Part shown: positions 36,161-49,479 of the stretch, piece by piece
Position numbering within the stretch: the first letter of the stretch is position 1
Layout: every line of letters starts with the position of its first letter
DNA from: Octopus bimaculoides
Lineage: Eukaryota
Assembly (NCBI RefSeq): GCF_001194135.2
Contig: NC_068994.1
Span: 44,844,934 to 44,908,829 of the forward strand
Length of the DNA stretch: 63,896 nucleotides
Direction: 5' to 3'
Made by a program: the position numbers and the translations under genes
Notes under the pieces: model-generated
Database searches by the model: none
What the model was told of the DNA's origin: nothing
Seen by the model: the letters and a program-made list of their open reading frames with translations, nothing else

Positions 36161-39100
36161 ACTTTTTTTTTATGGGGGATGAGGGTTTGTTTTTTTCTTC
36201 TTCTTGCTAACAATTTCCTCATACTTCCATCACCAACTATACACTTCTTCAAAACAGGTTAAGAGGATTTAATTCATATTTGAAGACAACCCAGCTTAAC
36301 TGTTCTTTATGTGCATGTATATATAAATACATGTAGGTATTTGTAAATGGATCTAATGTCAGTTTTAATATGTGTTCTAGTTGTTCAAACGACTGAACTT
36401 CATACTTATTGAATTATATAATGCAACTAGCTGAGTATTCCAGACACATATGCCGACATGGAACACGGTTAGTTGATAAGGCTGGCATTTTGACTTACAA
36501 GTGTAGTTCACGAGTTGGATCAAGCTGTCAACCAACAGTCATGCTAGAGGACAACTGCCCAATATGCCATGCAATGAAGTCCAAATCAAGACTTCGTAAT
36601 TGCAAACCAAACTTCTATACCATTAGTCCTGTCTACACTATTTAACTTATAGAAAGCATTTACAAGCATGAATGTACATGCATTGGATTTGATGATGAAT
36701 ATTCTGGTTATTCAATCAATGTGAAAGGTTAGGTGTTAGTAGTTGAATATTCTACAGACACTTATGGGATCAGCATGGTACAAGGTGGGATAAGGCTGGC
36801 CCTTTGAATTACTGGAACAGCCTATTCAACTGGCTTGCACACAGTGTCAGTCTCTCAATTTTACTGACAAGGCATAGATTGACCTGAAGCCATTGGTAAG
36901 TAAAAGACAATTGACTGAGATACCATGCAGCAGGATCAAACAAGAACCTCATGATAGTGAAATGGGAATATAAAAAAAAAGGACCAATGAGAAAATTCCA
37001 AATGAAAAACTCACTGCTACTACCAGTACCATCACAACTATTGTTTGTGTGTATATATATATATATACATATAATGGAAGGCAAGTCATTGTGTTTGACT
37101 CTGTTCAGTAATCTTATCCAGGTTATTTACTATGAATGGAAAACTGCATGCTTCCATTTGTAGTAAACTTTCACCAAAGTGAAAGCGGCACAGTCGAGGA
37201 TTGGAGCCAGTTCATTCAGCTCATTTGCCTGTGCAAAGAACTTAGAAAGCAGCCGGCACAAGTGCCGAAAAGAGGGAATTTATTATACAACACTAATTTA
37301 AACAGGAACAATATATTAATAGGTAGTTGAGAAAATAGATAATATGATAAATAGTGGAAAATATTCAACATTTTAGAAAAGTTTAAGAAATGCGGGAAAA
37401 AATAAAAATGTAATGTCTTTGAAAGATAATACAAAGCCATGGTGTTACTTTGATGTGATAGTCAAATACTTCCACATTATTTGATGATTCAAAGACACGT
37501 TAATGGCTTGCACCTGCTAGCAAGTGCTTTGAATAGTGAAATAGTTTCACAAACTCCATATTTTAACTAGACTCTTGAGACAATTAACAAAACGTTTTAA
37601 GCGTTAAGTTCAATGCTTCTTTTGATCAGCTACCAATACCTAAGCTAAGAAACAACATCAAAAGTTAGAATTAGTGAAACATCTTCCACATTAAAACAAC
37701 TAAAAGAAAATATACAGAAAGATAGGGTGCTGCTTGTAGAATTCAGTCAATGCTTCAGTCATTTGGACCAAGCCACCAGTTGGAGAAATGGTCATTTGAT
37801 GCACCATCTTTCACTACATTTTCCCTTACATAAACTATGTCAGTATCTGTTGCATAATCCTATATCGTTTAATAGCGCGTGACGGTTGCCACAACAAGCT
37901 GAAGATTAAGAGAGGCCCACTTGCAGCCGTTTATTGCCAGCTGAGCCACCAAAACCAAAGTAGTACTTAAAGCAACACTGCACCATCCCTTACCCCCAAA
38001 ATACAATAAATCTGGAAGATTTACTAGACTGAAGAATAAAAAAACAAAAAGAGTGGCGAGTTAATAACATTACTGATAAATGCTGTCAATATTGGGGTTA
38101 GAGGAAGGAAAAGTGGTGTGTAATTGAAGGCGGGAAAGTATCTAAGTGACTACCCAGCGTCTGCTCCACTTCTTTATTCAGCACAAAAGACATTCCTCAA
38201 GCTTAACACAGAAAAAAAAAGAGGGATTAACAAAGAACACAGTGCTTTATGCTCATATTAGCTACTCCTCTCTCAGAGTTTAACAAAACATATACAACTA
38301 ATGTTTACAGTTTGTGTGTGTACCAATGTGCACATGTCTGAAAGCATCCAAATCCCTTGGAATTAGGTTAATACAGTGTCAAACTACCTGCAACCAACCA
38401 GCCGCATAGTTAAGTGGCTAAGTGGCTCATAGCTTGTCACCATGCTGCATTACAGCTGTTGCTAATATACTAAGTACAAAAGCTCGGTTTACCTCATTGA
38501 AAAACCAGTACCATACAGTAGTAAATTTATTCCTCTAAATAGCAGAAACACTGGAAATTTGACAAGTGGTTCGTAAGCTTTCAGTGCTACATTAGAATTT
38601 ACCCCATGAAAAATAATCTCGGACAGGAATGGTCTCTGCCAAGTTAACTTGCAAAGATATACATGAAAACAAGAGTCTTCAGTTGTTTTCCTTATAAACC
38701 AATAGAACCACACACGTGTACACAAAAATGTCACCAGTGCTGGTTGATTTGGAGAATTTGCTTAACGAAAAAGCATTTAAAAATTAATACAAAATTAAAA
38801 GATTTAACAGCACAAATTAATCACCTCAAACGGTGTCATTAAAATTTTTGAGTGTTGAGTTTTGAATTTCTTTCTAATCATTAAAAACATCTAACATTTA
38901 TTAAATCCGTTTATTCCAAATTTTTTTGCTTGTATTAGCTTTCTAAAATCCAATAATAACATGTAAAATGATATATATATAGGTAATACTACTAAAAATA
39001 CAACTACTAGTACTAATACTATTGCTACTGATAATAATAATAATAACAATGATTCCAGTCTGGTGTAATCAAGTGAGAGGAGAGTAACCAGCAGAGCATA

Positions 39101-39720
39101 GAGCACAAGGGCATCAAGGTGAACAAAGTCTCCAAGAAATCAGAAATCATTTTCATTTTAAAAAAATCTAAAATTCCACAATTTATATCTATGTGATTTA
39201 TATATAAATATATTTAAAATATATACATACATATATATAGATAGATATATATACATACATGTATATAGAGAGTGAAAGGAAGAAGCAGTTTAAAAAAATT
39301 AATTTAGTTGTACCTATATAAAAGCAAAACTTACTTTAAAATATACAATTATATATAAAAAAATATATATATTTGTTAAGGAAAGAAAAAAGTGATTTCT
39401 GGTCTTAGAGTTAAAAGTCTTTTTCAGCGCGCACATCTTTGCAACTGCAAAAGAATGTTTCTTTTTTAATAATAAACAAGAAAAAAAAAAAAAGTTTTGA
39501 AGAAATTCAACATTGGAAGTTTCCTGCAAAACAACTTTTTAAAGAGCTCTTGGATAAAATTATTCAGCTTAGAATATTAAGTTTAAACTATTAATTTTTT
39601 AATCAGTATGGAAAAAATTGTAATGCAGAAAATGTATGTGAGTGTATATGTATATAAATTTTATATATGTACTTATGTACAGAGGTACATAGACATATAC
39701 ACAAATATATGTGTCTGTGT

Positions 39721-39753
<33 letters not shown>

Positions 39754-41059
39754 TATTATATACATACGCACACAGGTTTATATTTATATATGTATACATG
39801 CACATACACAGACATATGCACACACAGTCATACTGAAAAAATGTCAAAATATTTTAATACAATTCTCAGTCAGAAAAGGTGGGAAAATTAAAATTAAACT
39901 TAAAACTCAGCTTAAAAGTAAAATAGTTAGTGAGCTGGTGAAGGTGACGACAATACATCTCATAAAACATCATCGAGAGGAGTATGGAACCATTGCTAAG
40001 AGAGACAGAGAAAGGTAGCACGGGAGAATAATTTTCCTGAATAGAATGAAGGTAAAGTATAGAGAGCATGAAAACTTCTGTTGTATTCCAAAGTCAGGTA
40101 AAGTTGAATTTCTTCACAGAAAAAAAAAAAAAAAAAAAAAAAAAAAAGAAAAAAAAAAGGAAAAGCAGCGCCAAAAATGAAAGTCAGTCTTAGTGAAGTG
40201 TGTGTTTTCTTTAAGCTTGAGGAAGGTGGTTGTACTTGAAGAAATATATTAAAAATCAACCATCAACAGAAATAAATAAATATATAAATAAATAACAGAC
40301 AAATTGATATTATGACTTTGAGATACAACACATGAGGCAGACAATCACTTTACAGTTTCTACTGTTAGCATCTATAAGGCACATTTTGTTTTGTTTGGGT
40401 TTTTTTTTTAATCTACTTCTCAATCTAATTTCCACCACCTCTCTATCATTTACAATTTGATGAAATGAGTTTAGAGGTTATCTTTTATATCATCATCCCT
40501 ATTATTCAGCTGTAGTGTCACTTATACAGCACCATTAATACACTGATGGTAATTCTACTTTGGCAGCTAGGCTTACACCATCAGCCCTCAAGCTTCACAT
40601 TTACAAGGACTTCAACATGTGTTGATTAAATCAAAATATCTGGTGTTACAGTTATGAACGATTTGCATCTCCACTTAACAAGACATTGTTCGTGGATTTA
40701 TTTCTAATCAAAACATAGAAAATCAAACAAACCAACAGAAAAAGTTTGTAGGATTAGCTAACATAATATTTCTTTATAGATATCAAAAAATGATCATCTG
40801 CTTCATGAGTTGCATGTTAAAAATGAATTTTTAAAATTATTTCTCGCGCAATTAAGGTTAAAATCACACACAAAAAAAAAAATGGCATTTAAGTTTTAGA
40901 TATTTTTTCTTTCTATGAGACTCCATGGGTTTTTTTCAGTTGTCTATTTTTCCTTTTCAATTAAAAATTTGCTTATATTTTGAAATCTGTTGCAACATCT
41001 GGTGCCAGGATTTTTAGGGTTGCTGAAAAAGTTGTTGTAGTAGCCATTGGCATACATAC

Positions 41060-41145
41060 TTGGAATTCTGCCTGAAGACCACCACGAAACACCCATGGTT
41101 CCTGATCTCCACTTGTGAAAGCTTCTTTATAGCCACTAGTGCACC
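41060..41145 (-). CDS. OGA: OGA exon, 86 nt: CTSGYKEAFTSGDQEPWVFRGGLQAEFQ
   Basis: tag acceptor after a long AG-free pyrimidine tract; gtatgt donor; GDQEPW.FRGGL motif. Confidence 0.95.
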
Positions 41146-44100
41146 CTACATGTCCATTGAGAAAAAGAAAGAATAAGATTAGATCAGCCATACATCAGCA
41201 ACCAGAAAGAGAGAGAGAAATTTGGGGGGGGGGGGGTGGAGTTAGGGGAGAAAAAAAAAAGTTACCAGAAAGGGAGAAAAAAAATTTTGATAATTAAATA
41301 ATATTTTAAAATTTAAATAGTATTCAAATCCTAAGATAATAGCTTAGCAAAAAATAGAACTCAACTGCAGAAGTTAGTTTCGCTTAAGGGCTGAACCCTT
41401 TACCTTAGTTATATAAGTGGAACATATTTTATCAATCTCCAGAAAACTAGAGGGACTACATTACCCATCATACCATTGAAACTATAACCATAACTAATTA
41501 TCACAAGACCAGTTTTCAAGTGATAATCTTTAACATGTAATATCAAGCAATAACTTTTATCATGCTATAACTGATATGGCCTGCAGATACAAATAACCTA
41601 ATACATAAGCATACCTGCAGCATGATGGAGGACACACAAAATAGACCAAACCACGATATATCAAGGTTATGAGAATGATAAATGCAACTATGTCTCTACT
41701 AACAGGTCTGCACATGTTGTTGACCAAGAATAAATATATTCAGAACAACTACACACACAATAATACAATGCAAAATTTTTTAAATGTTAAATCTATTCTA
41801 CAGAACCAACAGCATCAACTTTGTCTCAAACACTAAGATGAAAAGGGCTGATAAGTTAAAAGTTAATTATTTGAACAGAGAGATTAAGACCAAAAAAAAA
41901 AAAAAAAAAAAAAAAAAGTGAAAAAAAAAAAAAAGAAAACTTAAGTAATCTAAACTCTGTGACCAGCATGTATTAACACACCACATCTCATAGTCTGAGT
42001 AGACAAGTGACATGAGAGAATATCACTTTTCGTTAATCTCTGCTAACATCCAATGTTGTTTGTGGTTATTTGTTTATAAACACTTCAGTCTTTAACAGAT
42101 TATATAGTTATAAAATCAACCACAAATATACACTTACACACTGACAACTGTGGCAGCAACTAAGTGGACAGAGAACTGATTTACTAAGTGAACAGACAGA
42201 AACTGTCACCAACCAGCTCTGAGAGGTGTCCCTGACAGTTACAAATAGAAACCATAGTTCTGTTCACCCAGCTGTAAATAAGTACCATAGAGCGGTACTG
42301 TTCACTAACTGTAAATAGAATCTATCTCACTGAAAACACTGTATGCAGTGGAAGCTCAATGCTGGGCTCAATGATATCTTTGTGAATGATTTCTGGAGAA
42401 GGAGCATTTCTAGACTAATTTTTCCAAAAGACACTGCATGAAAGCAAGGAGTCACTACCATATACCCACATGTTAAAGGATGGATTCAATATCAAAGTAA
42501 CTTCTCACCTCATTATTTTTTTAAATCTCAAACCCACCCAAAACCCACAAAAAAAAAACAAAAAACCAATTAGACATTAGACGTATATGTAAACTGGTGT
42601 GTCCATTGGTACTTTTGATTTCTTTTCCCATTCTGTTTGATTAAAGAGCATGGCAGAGAGAAAATTTTTAAAAANNNNNNNNNNNNNNNNNNNNNNNNNN
42701 NNNNNNNNNNNNNNNAAAAAATAAATCAATTAATCGATTAACCTTCTTTCTTAACTCTAACTTCTTGAAAAAAAATTTTTTTTTTAAATAATAAAGAAGA
42801 CCTTGACAGCAATAACATTAACAACAAATTCAATGAGAAACCAAATGCATTCCAAAATGTTTTTTTGTCTAGTCACATCAGGAAAAAAAAAAAAAATCAT
42901 TAATTTATTCCATTACATTATTTCTTGCATAAATGATGTTGTTGCTTTTATTAATTTTAATTAAAACCTAAATTTAAAGGAAAAAAATTACATGATGATA
43001 AAAACACAAAAACAAAAGTAATAAATATAATAATGATGATTGCAATTATGAGAAGATTTGTTAAAAAAAAACTGACATAAAGAGAAGGTTAATTCCATAC
43101 ACAGATGCACATACATACATATATACACATTCAGCAAGCAAGTAGAAAAATCAAAGTCAGTTGGTGTTGCCAAAGTAGAATGAAGACATTAGCCTTTGTG
43201 CAGTGACACAACCTACATCTATGACCCAAGAAGGGTGAACTGGGTTGTACTTGACAGATGAAAGAAGAATATGTATCTAGGATTGAATCGAATGCTCTTA
43301 AAACTTCGGCCCTCTCTAAACATAAGTGTGTAAACAAACAGAACTGAAAATATACAATGAACAAGAGTTGAATGAAGGTGTCTACAGCAGGAAGGTAGGA
43401 AAAAAAAGGTGAAGTCCTACCTTAGGACAGTGGGTTTCACAAAGAAATTGTGATGAGTGGTGGTAGGCTGTCAAGTACATCAACTCAATCCATACCAGTA
43501 TGGAAACATGGATATTAAAATAAATAATATATGACAAAAACAAAGACAAAAAAATATGAATAATGAAAACAAACTCAGCCTTCAAATGACTACCAATGAA
43601 AGACATCTAAACTGACCACTAACCAATTGTCCAAAGATATTGTAGTTCAGACCACAACTACTATTCTATATTCAGGCCAATAAAGGTTTCTCTACACAGT
43701 TGTTTGACTTGTTAAAAATAATATCCAAACCTCCCTCAAATGACACCCTACTTTCATAATACAGAAACACACACTGGATAGTGTAGTCCCAGACAGAATG
43801 GCAATGTCTTTGAACAAATGTCTGATCAACCAAGACTGACATGGGACTGAATAAACAACACACTATCTTATCCTATTTGTTCTGTACTCCCGCCAGGACA
43901 GAGAAATGTGTATGCGTGTGTTTTTCAGAGCTGACAGGTAATATGAAGTTGCATACACCAGGGAAGTCAACAACAATAAACCAAAGATACACTACACGTC
44001 TGTTGAGCTGAGATTATGTTAGCAAATCTACTTAACTTGCTCTTCTTAAACAAGACCAGAAGGGATCTAGATAACTGGAGGGATCAGTAACCTGTTAACT

Positions 44101-44777
44101 GACAATTACCTATGGAAACTAGTTCTGAAATGATGTTACTGCCACTGACCAGTACATTGATACAACTGCAATAAAATGTTCTTAAATACCTATCATGTAC
44201 ATTATTCTCCCTATATTTTAGACAAAAATTTATAAAGGACAGGAAATTTATAAAAGACAAAGAAATAAGACTATGTAGTAAAGAGGGACTTTTTTTTAGA
44301 GAGCAAGAGAAACAGAGAAAGTATAAGTTGGAACTGAAACCAGCTCACAGATTTGCCTTACCAGGGACTTACCTCTCTCTCTACAGTAACCATGGTGACA
44401 AAGTTAAAAGCACTTTTTGCTAACATCTCACATCAGTGATAAAAAAACTTGGACAACTGATACATACACAACATGCATAACAGTAAATAATTTGAAGATG
44501 ACAACACAATACATAACAGTAAAGTGTTGGATTAGTGGAGACAGTCTAATATATTATAATTTATGAAATGGTTAATGCATACGTTGACAAGCAGGTCAGC
44601 ACATGTGTGTCAAAACTGTTTTATAGTTGCACAAATTAAATACAGCAAAATATTTCCTTCTTTAAATAATAAAATGAAAATGTAAAAAGAAACCATGTTG
44701 CCTAAACAGTTCAAACTGGTACCATAAAGTAGACATTTTATTTTCTACACTACAAATATTTAAAGACTGTACAATAT

Positions 44778-44825
<48 letters not shown>

Positions 44826-45978
44826 GTATATGTATACATATGTATATTGCTTGTTAATAAAAAATAATTTAGTGGGTTTATCTTCCATTGGAACAAATAA
44901 GACATTTCTGTACTCAAAGGAAAGTAATTTTGTCAATAAGACTGTACTACCATTATTTATTTACTTGTTAATTTTGTGCCTGTACAAAAAAATGAGGTTT
45001 TGAAAGAAACCAGAACTTAAACACAGTTTATATGAACAATGAATTAATAATTCTTGTTAACTAATTTAATACATAAAATTACTTGCATTTATTTTAAACA
45101 ATTAATTAGATCACAAACAACATTTTCAAATGAGTACTTTCCATTTCATGTATGCGTGTATATGCTTGTATACATGTATATACACATACATGCATACACA
45201 CACATATAATCATAGCTAAAAAAAAATATTCTATTACACCAGTTAAAACTAGGATATGCAATACTGGTTCCATATTTGAGAGAAAAGAAAGAAAATTAAA
45301 AATAAAAAAAATTTAGGAAGCAAAAGTTGCATCCTCAACTGCACAAGAACTGCAGCATGGTTGCAACTTTATGGCATCATAAAACCCTCATATCTCAGAG
45401 AAAGGCTGGAAAAGCAAGCTGAAAGTGAAAACAGAAAGATTGAAAACACACCATACTGACATTCATGTAACCTTGTTACACATTAAGAGTGCATATATTT
45501 CTGGGAAGGGGGTCTATTTATTTTGTCAAAGTATGCCAAACAAACTCAAAAGTTATTGGATATTTCCAAATTTTGTTTCAATCGAAATATTTTTGTATGT
45601 GCTTAAGACAAAAGAAGACAGTAAATGGAGTTTGACAAGAAACTGAAGAATTTTGTGAATTTTTCTTAAAAGCAAAATAAGGATTGAATAAAATCTAAAA
45701 GAAAAAGAAAATTTAAATATATAAATATATGTATATATTATACAAACAAACAAACATACACAGATGGACAAGCAGGCAGGGGAACAACATTTTGAAAGAA
45801 AAAGGTTTACAGTTTGTCAATATGGCTTATATTTCCTATATGAATGTTTGACCTAGCTTGCTTTTCCATTTAACTTTGTTTAATAAACAGACTTGATCAT
45901 CATCATCATCACTGTTGTTGTCATAATATTAATTGCAGAGAGGAAAAAAAAAAATAAAACATTAGAAATATACGTATA

Positions 45979-46034
<56 letters not shown>

Positions 46035-48147
46035 CACGCACACACACACACATTATGTATATATATATATATTATATCAACTATGAAAGAGTTGTGACAC
46101 AATGTCAAACTGTCCAAAAATACTTGTCAACTTAAATATAAAAAAAAATTCAGTTATGAACACTGAACATATATAAATACAGAAGAAATAGGGAGATGGG
46201 AGAATTAAGAAACCAGGCAGGATGGTTGCAAGGGACTTTAGGATCGCTTGCCAACATGTGTGAAATATTTTCCTTCCCATACATGAGCAATTGTATTTTG
46301 AAAATAATCTAAGATTGAAGAAGGTGTCATAATGCTTAAGGCAGTGAGGATCCGTAACTGACACAGACCCAGTACGTTGTTACAATTTATCATATTCAAT
46401 TATATGTACTTACATTAAGACAGAAACAATTAAGTAGTAAAATTAAACTATTTTGGAGTACTTAATTGCAATCCATCTTTCTTCTGAGTTCAAATTCTGC
46501 CAGGAGATAATCTTGCCTTTAATCCACTTCTGAGTTCCATTAAACAGTGCTGAGATTGATTCAATTGAGTATATTCTACCCATGCAAATTATGCCCTAGT
46601 GCCACTGTAAGGAACACTGTTCTCAACAACAACAGCAACAATTATAATGGTGGCGATGGTATTTCTTACACTGGTACCAGAACATGCAATTTTAAGAAGG
46701 ATAAAGGCAGAGTTGACCATGACATTGAACTCAGAACATAAAGGGACATAACTAAACAGTACTGAAGGCGTTTAAAATCCAACACTGTTATGTCTGCTGC
46801 TCCACCCAACAAAATAGCAACAGAAATCATTGAAGACTGTAAATTTTGGTCAATAGTAAAATGGATTACATTGACTCTAGTACTAGACTGGTATGAGGTT
46901 TATTAACCCTTGCGAAACCCAGAGTATCAAACTCTAAGTGTTTTAGCCAACCTTATTAATTCAAATAGGAGACTACCTTTAAATGTGCTAGCTTTTTTTT
47001 TTTTTTTTGTGTAGCCCCCAAATGAGCAAACTTAATGACACATAGGAGGTAGAACAAATGGTGAAGTGAAATTCTGCCACTGTGTGTAGTGACTGCTGTA
47101 ACCACCAACTCTATATTCAATGACATCATTATGTACAAACATATGTCAAAGGTGAAATTTTTTTTTACTTTATTACAAAGAGAAATCCCATAAAATGACA
47201 ATTTATCAATGTAAACAAAATTGGCACTAAGCTGGAATCCTGTAATGTAAAAAGATTTTCAAGGAATTCTCAGAAGAGGAGTACTAAGGATAAGCATTTA
47301 ATTCACGAGATTAAACTGAAAAAGGGGAGAAATTCTCTCTAGGACATTAGTCAACTGTAATTTTCTTTCTCAAAGATCTCACAGCTACTGCTCCAAGTTG
47401 AATTGAGTCATGTAGAATTAAATGTAAAGTCCTTCAAAGACAAATGGAGCAGGGAGACGAATAACCATTAATACTTAATGTAGAATTAAATGTGCTGCAC
47501 AAATATATAACAAAATGCCCTGCAGTGGTTTTACAACCAAGACCTATAAGCTAGAAATCCTTTATAATATCCATTCTGCAAGGCCACTTCAATTCTGATG
47601 AATTTTAGTCATGGATTAAATGCAGATTACAGGGGATTTACAGTTATTAGATAGGATTTACAAGGTTTGTTCTTGCCTCTTAACTGGAAAAATTGATCAC
47701 TTAAGAATAAAGAAGAGTCTTTAAGCTAAGTGTATGGGGCTGATGTGCGCCACTAAGTAAGTTTATAATAACCTGCATGAAAAACAACTAAATTAGTTTA
47801 GCAGATACAAAATTTCCCTGAAATATTTTAGCATCACTGACAAGGATATCAAACCTGAACAAGGCTTTTAGTGAAAAATTTAGCCAGGAATACGACAATA
47901 ATACTTTTGTTAATAAATTTCTTTTTTAATTGTCATCTTCAAAAGACCTTAAAATATTCTTTTACCTTCTATTTTGGAGAATTACAAACACCATTCAAAC
48001 AACTATGTCAGCTTTTCTAACACTTTCCAACATCACCATAGGAAAATATGAATGACCGTGTAATCGAGAATGTGATACCAACAAAATGACGACAAATTCT
48101 AAAACACCACATACATGCATTCTACCATACATACACACAGACAGTCA

Positions 48148-48178
<31 letters not shown>

Positions 48179-48223
48179 GCACAAAAAAAAAAGACATAAA
48201 AAACAGGTGATGTAAGTTCATAC

Positions 48224-48277
48224 ATGTTAAGGTCCCTTGTTGATGCATTACTGACAAGTAAGGAACATGGCCCAAAC
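48224..48277 (-). CDS. OGA: OGA 54-nt phase-1/phase-1 exon: (S)LGHVPYLSVMHQQGTLT(W)
   Basis: Strong ttctttctgtttcag acceptor and gtatga donor; keeps frame. QQGTLTW followed by SGYKEAF resembles, from memory, the insert seen in protostome OGAs. Confidence 0.75.
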
Positions 48278-48431
48278 CTGAAACAGAAAGAAAATACAAT
48301 AGTTAGGACATTAGAGACTCAAAATGGATGATCATAACAACTGACAAGGAAAACTGTTCTAGGAAAGAGAAACATTCAGTGGGGGGGGGGGGAAGAAAAA
48401 AAGCTAATATAAATGAAGTAGAAGTACTCAC

Positions 48432-48606
48432 TAAGCCAACGAATGTATGCTTTGCATAGTATGAAGATACTTTTCAAGTCCCAGACATAGGGGTAGAGTT
48501 CATAAGCAATAGCTCGGTTGGGGATCTTGAAGAACTTGTCAAATATGGTGAAGATCTTGTCCACTCCATCACAGAATGCCTTTGCCCTTTCATGCCATTG
48601 TTCCGC
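48432..48606 (-). CDS. OGA: OGA exon, 175 nt: AEQWHERAKAF...YPYVWDLKSIFILCKAYIRWL
   Basis: Homologous to human EEWRSRAAKF...YVWDIKS...VQWL; AAG acceptor and gtgagt donor. Confidence 0.93.
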
Positions 48607-49479
48607 CTTATAATACACAACAATTAAGAGACAACAGTTAGGCTAAACAATATGACTTATTATATATTGGCTAATATTTGGTAAATAGACACACACTTAT
48701 CCATATGCATACCAGCTGCTTGCAAGCAGAGCCAACACATGTACATACACACATAAATACAACACTAAATAGACATACTCACATGTAAACACAGGAATAA
48801 CATGACAGCCAACACAAGTTTAGTTAACAGTGTGACTTATGGAACACTACCAACATACATTCACTCATCCTGTCAAACACACACAAAACAGCTTTCTAAT
48901 AATATCAATAGATTTATCAACTTCTAAGTCAAGCAATGATAACCCAGGCTGTAGGTCTGGACATGATTGTATGAAAAACTGGCTATTTCCTTTCCATAAC
49001 ACTAGAGTACTGGAACGGAGAGGAAAGTACTGTTTAGTAAAAGAGTTTGGTGCTTGTATTGCCACAACAATACTAGATAATCCTTAATTACTAGAGACCT
49101 TAATTCCAGATTTCCTTTGAGGATCTAAGTTTTGTGTCAGAAATCAGAGCCTCGGTACAGTTCCAACATCAAGACAGATTGAAATGATTAGTAAACTGCG
49201 ATCTGATCTGAGACAAGAACTAAAGCAGTAACAGGAGTTGAAATCAGCACTGCATGCTAACGAAGCATTAGTTAATTTTCTCATGCTGCTACTGCTGCTG
49301 TTCCAGTTGTGTGGTATCCTATTTACAACTCACTGGACTGCATTATTTGAAAGTTAATTATTTTGCATACAATTATGACCCAGTGGGGGCATTAGGAAAG
49401 AAACTGCAACCCTATTGGATGCCCATTTGCTACTCTACCAACACAGTTACTTTGTACTTTTGTATGCCCTCCACACACA

